Positions 12,553 to 23,335 of a stretch of DNA of 44,307 nucleotides are shown piece after piece; the first letter of the stretch is position 1, and every line of letters begins with the position of its first letter. The stretch is from NCBI GenBank assembly GCA_021432655.1, contig MU271562.1, positions 1 through 44,307 on the forward strand, read 5' to 3'. The notes below the pieces were generated by a model. The model did no database searches. It was not told the origin of the DNA and worked only from the letters and a program-made list of their open reading frames with translations. This stretch comes from Atractiella rhizophila (Eukaryota). The translations under genes and the position numbers were made by a program.

Positions 12553-14299
12553 TTAATCAAAAACCACTTTTTTCCCTTGACTTTCTACAATGGCGTAAGA
12601 CTCCCGCTTCGCCAAAGCAAGAGCGGAGCCAGGCGTCGGTTTTGGCTTCTTGCGTTTCTCCACCCCCTTCGTCGCCCCACGGGCAGTCGATTTCTCTCTT
12701 CGAACCTCCATCGCCTCGCCAACGTTAGCAGGTCCAGCTTCGCCATCCTGGTTCGCTTCCATCCGGCGTGCACCCCGACCCGATTCTTCATGCTCACGCT
12801 TGCTCTTCTTCGCTGGCCGCTCACCGTCCTCCTGAGTATCACGCCCATGTTTTCTAGGCGATCGGTTCCCTCTCCGAACTGCATCCTCGCCAGCATATTG
12901 TAAGTTGAGCCTCCGACCGGCTAGGAGCCAGTTCTTCTGGTTGGCGAGAGCCTTCGCTGCGCCGTCTGTGGAATGAAAGTCGACAAAAGCGAACCTTCAT
13001 CCGACCAATTAAGATCAACCTGCATCCTACGATGAACTAGAGGAACTAACCCCTTGCACTTTCCTGTATCCTCGAACGTCATCATCCGCACCTTTTCGGA
13101 TTCCGGCGTCTTTTTCCTTCTCAGCATGCAGATCAAACATCGACTGCAACTCTTCAGACTGCATTCACATTCACATCCTCAGCCACAACCACATCTCCGA
13201 GCAACAACGCACCGTCGTCTCGAACCCAAGGTTTCCAACGAAGAGGGTAGGAGAGGGATCATTCGCCGGCGCATCCTTCTTTACTTTCTTATTCCCATCC
13301 GCCGTTGGTCGTGGGCCGTCTCGCTTGACGGCGTCCTTCTTTGGATCTGGACGCCCGTCGAAGTTCTCCGCATCTTTGATCAGAAGGCGTCGACCTTGGA
13401 ATGTGGATTCTGAGAGTTTGAGGCATAGGGCGTGGGCTTCTGCTGTTTTGAAGGAGGCGTGAGCGAATCTATATGGGGAATTCCATCAGCTCGTTGAGAG
13501 ATGCTCCGAATGATGGAAGGTTTTGCAAGCGCACTGCTTTTAGTTTTCTATAAGGCTTCCAAAGCTGGTATAGCTGCTTCCGCTGAATTATGTGCTTTTT
13601 AAGACCATGTATAAATGAACATAGTACAAGGAAGATGAAAACGTTAACGATGGCATTCCTCGTTGATGGAGGAAAGGGTACGCTGGTTCAATGCCAACCA
13701 CTCGTCTCCAATTTCAAGCACAAAAGGACAAACAATTCTCCATACAGAAAAGTAACCCATATAAATCAGCAATAGAGATGAACTAACCCCTTATTCCCCC
13801 TCTCTCCCTTAGGCATCCTCAAACTAACCACCCATCCTCCCTTAGGAGCTCCGTCCTCAACTCCATCTCCACCACCTTCCGAATCCTCAAGGAGCTCCTC
13901 ACACTTCCCTTCCAACCACTTCCTCAGATCCTCACTCGTTGTCGAAAACGCCAGATTGCCAATCCACACCGTCGGGAACTTATCTCTCGGCACGACGTCC
14001 TTACTTCCCTTCTTCTCCTTCTTCTCCTTCGTTGGTTTCTTCTTCGCTTCCTCCTTGGAAGAGGAAACAGCGGCAGAAGAAGACTTCAGCGCCTTCTTCG
14101 CCTCCTTTTTGGCTTTGCGAGCTGCAGCATGAGACAGAACTGGGACGTCTACTTCCTCCTCCTCCTCCTTCTCTACTTTGCTCTCTACACTAGGATCCGC
14201 ATTTTGGTTTGACGGAAGTTGTGGCTCTGATTCAGGGAGCGGTGAAGACGATCTGGAAGAGGCAGAGGAACTGCTCGAGGAAGCGGAAGAGCTGGACAT
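12553..14299 (-). CDS. NOP13: Nucleolar two-RRM protein, Nop13/Rnp24-like
   Basis: Ser/Glu/Lys-rich N-terminus. RRM1 VWIGNLAFSTT...NKG|FAHASF...GRRLLIKDAENFDGRP. RRM2 TLFVGNLGFETT...KVRMMTFEDTGKCKG|FAFVDF. C-terminal PGSALALAKRESYAIVESQGKKVVFD. Confidence 0.85.
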
Positions 14300-14429
14300 C
14301 GTTTTCAAGTTGTTATCCAGAACCAGAAAATTTTCGATCGCCATTTCTTTGGATCCGTTTCCGACCGCCAAGCGACAAAACGACGAATTCCTATTCCTTC
14401 ATTCTGGCTACATAGCGGAAGGTAAAGGC
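14300..14429. promoter_or_regulatory. 130-bp bidirectional promoter with RRPE-like GAAAATTTTC at 14326-14335
   Basis: Divergent ATGs at 14299 (-) and 14430 (+). The AAAATTTT core matches the ascomycete ribosome-biogenesis RRPE motif. Confidence 0.5.
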
Positions 14430-16158
14430 ATGCCACCAACAGGTCCAACGCCCAAGCTACCGCTCTCCGCGCTCTTCGCGCTGCACAAACCCTCATCTTC
14501 AATCTCGATGACCCTGCTCAACCGACTCCAACCTTTGTTTCAGCAATCCTTATTATTCGCTCAAGGAGAGGAGGGACAGGGTGGGAGTAGTAAGGGAGAT
14601 AAGAAGAAGGGGAAGTGGAAGAAGGGGAGGAAGAGGGATAGCCGAGTCAAGATTGGGCAGGGTGGGACGTTGGATCCGCTTGCTGATGGTGTGCTTGGTG
14701 AGTTGCTGTTTGAATCTTTGACGTCGGATTGTAGAGAGGCAGAGTTCTGTACTTTGGAATGGAGGGCATTCGCCACCATCTGCTCGTCTTTGTTGAAGAC
14801 GTCTCTTAGGCATTTGAGAGGAATAGAGGTCCGCCAGAATCTCTCTTGTACGCCTTTGCAGTCACTGGCTGCTTGAGGACTGCCCTCTTTGTGCTACTCT
14901 GCTTCACAGAGCACAACGCTGCTGCCTTTCCAATGTATCCAAGAGAGCCATTCATTTCTTCTTGCTCGCGAGCTCTTGAGAGAGTCTCTGATCTCCCGCA
15001 CACCAATGAAACTTACTCACCACGGTGCTATACTAGTGATCGGCACGAACTCTTCAACCAAACACCTCTCCAAATTCCTCTCCAGCACCAAGGTGGGTCT
15101 TTCCACCCGCCAACATCCTTACACCAACAACCAACAACCAACCTCCTCCCCCATCTTACCATGATCTGATGGAACTGATGACAAGCTCGAAAGTGACAGA
15201 CTTACATCGCGACGGGCCTGCTCGGCTGCTCCACCGACTCGTACGACTCAGACGGGCGCGTGGTCGCGTTCAAGAAGTGGGACCACGTCTCGCGTTCTAG
15301 CGTCGAACACGCCTTGAGCGCTTTTCGGGGTAACATAACACAAGTGCCTCCCATGTACGTTTCCCCATCACTCTGAACATTCATCTGGTTGGATGATTTG
15401 ATTTAACTTGATGTTGTTTGGGGATGGACAGATATTCAGCGCTGAAAATGGATGGAAAGCCTTTATACGAATACGCGCGCTCCAACACGCCCCTCCCCAA
15501 AAAAATCGACGCGCGACCATGCACAGTGCACTCTCTGGAGCTCCTTTCCTTCCACCCGGGAGAGGAACATGCATATAGGTATCCGGAAAAGAGGTTGAGC
15601 GTGGAGGAGAGGGCGGAGATGAGGCGCGTCGAGGAGCTCGTGCAGGCTGCGGGGGTGGAGGGGGAGTCTGCCTCTGTTGGAACCGTTGGGGTTGGTGTTG
15701 GGGATGGAGATAAGGATGTTGTTGGTGTTGAGGAGGAGGAGGAGGGAAGGAGGCCGCCGGCGTTTACGGTCATGATGGAAGTATCGAGTGGGACGTATGT
15801 GCGTTCGATCATCCAGTGCGTCTTCCTCCTCCTTACAACCAGCAGCTTGAACTGATCTAAGAGAATAAATAGTGACATTGGCATTGCACTCGGATCAGCC
15901 GCTCACGTCGTTCGTCTCACGCGTACTCGACAGGGAGAGTTCGTTTCGAAGGATTTCGATCCAATGCTTACAGATGGAAAAGGAGATGTAGATGGAGAGG
16001 CAGTGAAGACAGAAGATGAGAAACTGTTTAACGCAATTCCCTGGAGTGTGTTTGAGGATGCGCTGGGGAGGCTGGAGAGGGGAGAGAAGGCGTGTGCTGA
16101 GAAGGAGGGCGAGTGGGAGGAGTGGGAGAGGGAGATACTCGAGAACTGCAAGTCATGA
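14430..16158 (+). CDS. PUS4: tRNA pseudouridine(55) synthase, TruB family
   Basis: LFALHKPS, KIGQGGTLDPLADGVL|VIG, K|TYIATGLLGCSTDSYDSDG, ITQVPP|YSALKMDGKPLYEYAR, VSSGTYVRSII|HDIG, LTRTRQG. Confidence 0.95.
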
Positions 16159-16411
16159 GCAAATCCTTCCATCCACAAATTCATGCATTCCTCATCAACA
16201 TCATGAAGGGGAAGGATGCATATGAAAAATGCGAGAGGAATGATCCGAAAACCTTATTAGCTGCCACCTTTTTTCTCGCAACTGGCGTCCACCTCGCCTT
16301 CGCCTTCCTTCCCTCTGCATTAGCCTTACTCTCAGCCGTCTCCTCTGCCTAGTCACTGTAGCAATTACTCGATACTTCTCACTTCGATAACCTTACCCCT
16401 GCAGCTACAAC

Positions 16412-18839
16412 ATGTCGCTCCCACCTCCACCCAAGGCTCCAACACGCGCCCTCTCCGCCGCTTCGACTGGAGGCGGCGGGCCTGGCACTGGCGACGGTCC
16501 CAACAACAGAGTCGATGTTATTGTGAGTTCTCTTTCCATTCTTCTGTATATTTGTGCGCGTCACATGTCGAGTACTATACTCTACCGGGTTTGGGGACTG
16601 TGTGATGCTCTGGACTCGTTCCTCATAAGGAAGAACGCAAGAAACGTGCTGATGTTCGGTGATGCGATGGCAGGACACAGAAGGCGGCCGCATCCTTTGC
16701 GTCGCCGACGTGCGCGGTTAGTCATCTCTCCTCTATGGCAATGGCAAAGGCAGGGCTAAGTGTGAATGGATGGTGCAGGCCAGATTTCGATGCTGAACGA
16801 CCTGGCCGCGGAACACAACGCCAAGGCCATCATCCACTCCGGCGACTTTGGTTTCTACGGTTCGTCTCCTCCCTTCCTTCTCCCTTCCCCTATAAATCTT
16901 CGTTGGTTGGTTGGGTTGGACAGACCAAAGTTCGCTGGATCGAATCTCGGAGCGCACGCTCCGCCACCTGATCCAATACTCCAACCTCCTCCCCGCAGCC
17001 TACCGCACCCAACTCCTCAACTCCTCCTCTCCCACCATCCCCAGCAGCACCGACCTGCGTTCCCTGCTCCTCCACCCACCCTCCGCCTACACCTTCAAGT
17101 CTCCCTTCCCGCTCTCCGAGTTCCCCCTCCTCCTCTCGGGCGAGCTGAAGCTCACCGTGCCCGTGTACACCGTCTGGGGCGCCTGTGAGGACGTCTCGAT
17201 ACTGGAGAAGATCAGGATGGCCCCCGTCTCCTCCTCCGCCTCTCCCTCCCACTCCCTCTCCCCTAACCCTCCCCCCTCGCCCCTCCCAAACTCATCCAAC
17301 CTACCCCTCGCAGCTTATGCCATACCGAACTTGACGGTCTTGGACGAGGCGACCACCCGTTGCTTGGTCATCGGAGGCGTCAAGCTTAGACTGTTCGGTC
17401 TGGGAGGTGCCGTGGTGGGACACAAACTGTTCGATAATGGAGAAGGAGCGGCTACTATCGCTGGTGGTGCCGGAACGATGTGGACGACCGTGTTGCAACT
17501 AGGAGAAATGGTCGATACCGCTCAACGGGTGCGTCTCTCCTCATCCATCTGCCTTTGGAGCCTATGTTCTGGGAAGACGGGACAGAAGAAGAATTGATAC
17601 TGACGACTCCATGAAATGCACAGGTGTACGACCCCCAAGAAACCCGTCTCCTCATCACCCACGCCTCCCCCGGCCGCGAAGGCCTCATCTGCCAACTCGC
17701 CCTCGCCCTCAAAGCCGACCTCACCATCTCCGCCGGCCTCCACTTCAGGTACGGAGTGTCGTATAACGAGTTTTCGGTGCAGAGGGACCAGGAGACGTTT
17801 AGGTCGAAGTTGGAGGGGAGTAGGAGGGGCTTTGGGGAGGTTTGGGATACCGTTCGGGGACAGGTGGAGGTTGTTATTGAGTATGTCTTTTACCTCTTTT
17901 TTTTTGGTCTTCTTGTCCACAAACGCATGCTAACTTGACACCAGTGATTCCCAAAAAGTGTACCTCCAAAACGCCCTCGCAGTAACCAACCGCGTCCCTC
18001 CCCCGCCCACCACCTCCGCCAGCGCCGTTCCCGGAACAGGAGGAAGCACGGAAGAGCCAGCGTGGAAAAACACCTGGAACTGGAACCTCCCCGACGCCGC
18101 CTTCGGCTCCCTCGTCCTCGACATCAGGGAGGGACGAATTGGGAGCGAGATGAAGAGCCAGGGATTCAATTTTGCGTACAGGACTGCGCCGAGGAGTAAT
18201 ACCGTTCCTGGCGGCGCGCCTGGCGCTCTAGCTACCGGGAACGCCCCTGCCCCAACGACGACGACGGCTGCGTCTACGGAACAGAAGCCACAGCCCCCGA
18301 CGATAGTAACGCCATCGAACGAGCCGCCCGCTGCCTCTCCCCCCGTCGTAGCCTCCACGCCTCCTCCCGGAGTAGGAGCTGCAGCATCGAAGCCGTCCTC
18401 CCCCGCTCCTCCCTCCGGACCCGCCAGCGGTACCCGCTCCCCCCTCCCCTTCCGAGGACGCGGACGCGGCGCCGGCGCATCCAGGCAAGGGAGTTGGACG
18501 CGCTCCTCCGCCGGCGGGAGCGACAAGGACGGCGGAGGAGGAGGGCCGCAGAAGCAGGGCTCGGTGGCGGAGAGCGAGATGGCGTTGAGCGTGACGAGCG
18601 GGAGCGAGGCTGTGGATTCGCCCGTGACCAATTTGGCGAGTCCGCAGGAGGTTAATGTGGATATGGGTAGCGTGGGAGGTGGGAGCGAGAATGAGAGCCA
18701 TGGTGGACCTGGGTCGGATGGGAGGGGGAGGGGGAGGGGTGGCAGGGGGAAGTGGAGAGGTGATAGGGGGATTTATAGGCCTAGAGGACGGGGTGGGAGG
18801 GGAAGAGGGGGTGAGAATGGAAGCCCTGGTCCTGCTTAG
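16412..18839 (+). CDS. DUF2433-family metallophosphoesterase-like protein with a Pro-rich linker and RGG tail
   Basis: GRILCVADVRG, IIHSGDFGFY, VYTVWGACEDV, LRLFGLGGA, TIAGGAGTMWTT, LLITHASPGREG, LKADLTISAGLHFRYGVSYNEF, WNWNLPDAAFG. The C-terminus reads GRGRGRGGRG...RGRGGRGRGG. Confidence 0.85.
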
Positions 18840-19263
18840 CTTTAGGAGGGACAGGGATGAGTTTAGGGAGAAGATCGGTGAAGATCAAAAGGTCGTGGCG
18901 AGCAAGCTACTCTATGGTATACCGGCTTATTATGCGTTCATCCACACTTCTTTCTTATCCTACTTTACCAGCCGCATGATAATGAAATGATGACTTTGCT
19001 CTCACGTTCCGTCCATTGTTCCCATTCACGCCTCCAAGCCCCGAAGTGAGTGAAAAAGGCATGGAATCTAAAACTACTTAAGACCAAACAACCGAGATTG
19101 CATACAAGTACAAGATGTGGACTAACTCGTTAAGGGGAGGCATGAAATCATTGGCATGTGCATGACTAACTGGATGTGGAACTGGACGGAATTGAAGCAC
19201 GGTCATAACCATACTGAGGCAAAGGCGAAAGAACAAGAGAGCAGAAATTCGAAGTCCAAATGC

Positions 19264-20807
19264 TCAATACCTCAACCGAGCGCGTTTTGTTGGCGGCGGC
19301 AATACCGCGGTGGATGAGAGCGAAGGGAGCTTCAGGCTCTTATCCTCCACCATGTCCAGCTTCAGTTCTTTGCATTCCCTTCTGATGCCCTCCACAATCC
19401 CCAAACGGTTCTCATGGTCACCACCCCCATCGAGCCTGAGCTGTCGTATTCGGGCAATGTCGCTCCTGCGTATTGGTACCGCTCTGGTATACGTTCGTGA
19501 AAATGGAGGAGAGGACGTGTAGGGCGAACAATAGGTGATTCGACAGCTAAACAGAAGCGCGACGTCGTCTGTGTGTTTAACTAGACCGCAGCACCCAGAA
19601 CATGTCAGTTATCAGACGCGAAAGTGACAAGACGGACATTTGAGATAAAGGGGAATACTGCACGGAGTTCCCTCATGCATTAATTCTCGCCCTTCGCTCC
19701 CGTTCCCGATGCTCATGAACCGAACGCTCTGCTCGCTCTTGTTCCAAGCAAACCTAAACGTGGAATTTCCAGCAGACGAAAATCTGTCTCATTCCACCGA
19801 TCAGTTGTCACGGCCTTAACGGATAGGGAGAACGAACCGTGGTGCGGGACATGGAAGACACTCCCCGAACATCGCTTTGGCTTTCACAACTCTCCCGCTG
19901 GGAAGTGTGAGATCGTTGAGGGGATGAAGGTAGACGGAGAAGTCGACGGAGGCGAGGTGCAGGAAGATGCCGGACTGGAGGGAGAGACGCAGGCAGATTT
20001 CACTCGGATTTCGTCGCGGAGTGTAGCCACTAAAGAACCATTGTCAGAAGTTTGCAACCCTACGAAGGGATGTCGAGATCTGATGAAGCGAAGAAAAAAA
20101 CATTGTGACACTGAATCTCCTTAGCTTATACTTGTTCAAGACTTCAGTCTTTGGTCTTCGAGCTTCGATGCTCTCCAACGACGCAGCATATGGTTAGACC
20201 ATCAGACTCATGTGAATGTTAAGAACGCAGCGGCGATAAATCTCGATTCCCGCCTTTTGGCTCATGAACAGATCCAAACGTCCCCTTTATCCAATTAAAG
20301 CGAGAAGGCCGTTTATAACCTTGAACAATGTAGCTTCAATCGAAGTACAAGACGTTCACCAAGCTTTCAGTGTAAAAACCAGGGAGAACAACAACGGAGC
20401 CGTCAAATGTCGTCAGACAGTTTGCAAATGTCAAGGCAAACGGGTCCTCGTTGAACATCAAAGAGAAATAACTCGATGTCCCTTTCCTGCGTGGGCAAAT
20501 CTAGGGGCAACGTATACTACATGGGCAAAATTACTCACAAAATGACGTTTTCTACGGTCAGCATCACCCTACTCGTCAACAACTCAATATCAAGGACCGT
20601 CCTCATGTCATTTTGCTCCTGAGTTGCCGTCCCCGCTGATGGTGTTGGTGGCGGAGAGACCGTAAGAGCCAAGGAGGGGAAGTCGGTCAGGGAGAAACAT
20701 GGCGCCTCCTGTAGATCGTCGCACTCTGCTTCTTCTACTAATTCGTCGATAATCTCCTGCAAATCTTCCATTCTCGAAGTAGAAACTAATGGGATGTTGA
20801 GTGCCAT
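19264..20807 (-). CDS. Hypothetical multi-exon protein, possibly with a divergent BTB-like segment
   Basis: Exon MALNIP...DIELLTSRVMLTVENVIL is followed by GTGAGT...CAG and then KGTSSYFSLMFNEDPF...YTESLVNVL. The last exon is an open frame of about 100 codons ending PPPTKRARLRY* (NLS-like). The start and middle exons are uncertain. Confidence 0.45.
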
Positions 20808-23335
20808 GAAGCTCGCGTCCTTTTCCAAAGTGGATGCTGCACGATAGTAGGGAAGGGAAGGACAGGCACCCCACAAAAGAGAGCGCGTGCTTTTATCCTA
20901 AGCCTAAGCTCCAAGGTGTCTCTGAAAGTATGGAGCGGCCGGTTACATCCTTTCAAAGTTGCTTGTGGGATGGAGCGGACAATGAGCGTCCCGATGAATC
21001 TGTCGACATGGCGAACAGGGACAAACGCAAAAAACTCGGTCAGTGCCTACGATTAAACACCTGTGATCCAAGATCTTGTAATACCCAATCAACGGAGTTG
21101 ACACTGCGACTGATTGATGGAAATCAACACCTTCCGCATAATGTTGTCGTGACGTGTTCTGGTCACTGTCACGGTGCAGTCACAGGATTGTCCCTCAGAT
21201 TGAACAATGGCCAAGAATAGCATTTGTTCGAGCGAGAGCGAGAGTGCGCGAAGACGTGTTCTGGTGACAACTTGCTACAGAATGGTCGATGGTGGCCGTC
21301 CTTTCGTTGTTTCGGATCGCCAGTGATAAACAAACAGGTCTTCCAATGTCAGCTAACTGCGAAACACTTGGTAGGCTGTACTATGACCACTCGCGGAGAG
21401 CGCTCAAACTCCTTTACACAACGAAGCGTCGCAGCACGGAACCTCCCCAAACCAACTGCCTATTGGTGAAAGCTCTGACATAGCCAGGTGACAGTAACAA
21501 TTTTCAAGGGTCCCCACCCTCTACACCGACGTTACAACCGTACTAAATGAAGGAGATACAGGTTGGCAGATAACACTACAGATACACGCTCACGACAGGG
21601 TAGCGGCCATCCAAACCCTGACTTTCGCACTTGCCTACGGGAGACGGGATGGCTAGGTTCTCAAAGCCCTCAATATTCGTCCTTGTATTCTCTACATCGA
21701 TGGGAGCCCACTTGAAGAATGAGTTAAACAAGGAACGACGCAACAATCTCACGTCGTCTCGACATGCAGGTTTAAATCTGGCAGCGTGAACCGTTCAAAT
21801 GTATAAGGGGGTCAAAGGATCACAAGGAAGCTCCTGTTCTCAATGCCTTCCCTGCGATGGCGATGAGCGAAGAGAAAACTGTTCTCATGAAGATAATTAC
21901 ATCTTAGCACTTGACAGCTGGCTGAAACGTTGTACATTCCGAGATATAGACGGCAAATGCACAGCGTGGATTCCACTCGCAACTGCCCAGGGAGCTAACA
22001 GGCACACCGAACTATAACAAAAATGCAAGGACGAACTCCGTCCACCTATTATCGTACAACAAAATACGAAAAACGCTGCGATGCCCAAAACACGTGCCCA
22101 TGAAGCGCGAATATGTACGAGCTCTACAACCGTTGGTGTTACTATACATGATTAGTGAGCCGGAAAGCTATTAGAACACATCAGGTTGAATTGCAACCAG
22201 CGCGGGAAAACAGGCTCCGGGGTGCAGTGTCTGCCATCATTTTCGGAAAAAATGGTTAACGGTCTTAACTCGCCTGGAAAAGGTTTTTTTCCACACGTTG
22301 AGCGATTCGAAGCAAAAATACGCTTTCATGGTGCATACGAGTGTGAAATGAGACACAATGATAGCGGCTTGACGGTTGAAAATGTAATACGTCAATACAG
22401 GTAGCAACAGATCGACATATCCCTACACTGCATGTCCAAGTGTAAAAAGAGATTTGCAGCGTTTCCAACAGCCCAACCAAACAAATGCTATCAGTTGCGT
22501 AAACGGAACTGAACGGTTGATTGCTACTCGCCGAATACAACACTCAGATTGGTGTCAGTGATCGAACAAAGACGCTCGGAGCGCGGAGCGGGGGGCGAAG
22601 AGCACCTTTGCTCGATATTTATATGAGGATAGACAAGAGGAACAGAATTCAGGGAATACAATATAAGAACAATGGGATAAAGAAGGATCCTCAGGGCTCC
22701 ACGCCGGAACATCCTTTAGCATGGGACACCATCTAAGAATGAAGTGCTTTGATCATGTCACATGCATGTCAAGGGATACCGGAACCTGCACGAAAGGAAT
22801 TCAAAAAGCGCTTCGGTTCTGTCTTTGAGCGCTTCACCATGATCCAGTAATCAGTCTGACGCGGCTTCATTATACCACCGAATACCACCGAGGAGTAGAA
22901 ACACACGTAAGTCACAGATTATTATAGTAGTAAATGATGGAGCCATCACGACGCATTGTTCAAACGTGAGCCCAGCTGCTTCAATGCTTACCACCATGAC
23001 AATGTCACGACGAATTGCTCGTGATAAAGTAGAGACCTACCTGATACCGTTCCCGATTTTTTCTCCTGGTACAACCTAAACTCCAGGTACTCCACCTCCC
23101 TCGCACCATCCTCGCACACGATGGCCCGGGGCTCGTCTTTGTATCACGAGGTGGAGGCCCCTCGAGTCCAATAAGATGCCCCCTTAGCACCAACTTTCGA
23201 TTGCCAAACTGTCACTCGCGAGATCTCGAACGAGGACCGATGAATACTACTTAGCAGCATCGGCGCTGTCTTGAGTAGTGATGTAGAAAGGAATCAAATT
23301 GAGGGACTTTCACTTCGGTTCGGGAGGTAGCTTCC

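Larger units (their letters stand above)
8731..13410. repeat. Segmental duplication, copy B (paralogous to 669-5360)
   Basis: Same blocks in the same order as copy A, with different internal deletions. Confidence 0.9.

Noticed and set aside
15000..15020. ACCAATGAAACTTACTC resembling RNase MRP conserved region V
   Set aside because: No complementary CR-I (GAAAGUC-type) partner to form P4 was found, and the sequence coincides with the intron branch site.
13469..15036. Canonical C/D or H/ACA snoRNAs in the two long introns
   Set aside because: No sense-strand RTGATGA/CTGA pair and no convincing hairpin-H-hairpin-ACA layout were seen, so they are reported only as structured introns.
17930..18701. 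Long antisense ORFs (for example 17930-18631, 28498-28974, 39591-40127)
   Set aside because: They are shadows of GC-rich or low-complexity sense-strand genes with no independent domain signal.
21460..21520. KIVTVTWLCQSF on the minus strand resembling a BRCT C-terminal motif
   Set aside because: It is immediately followed by a stop, and there is no upstream BRCT sequence.
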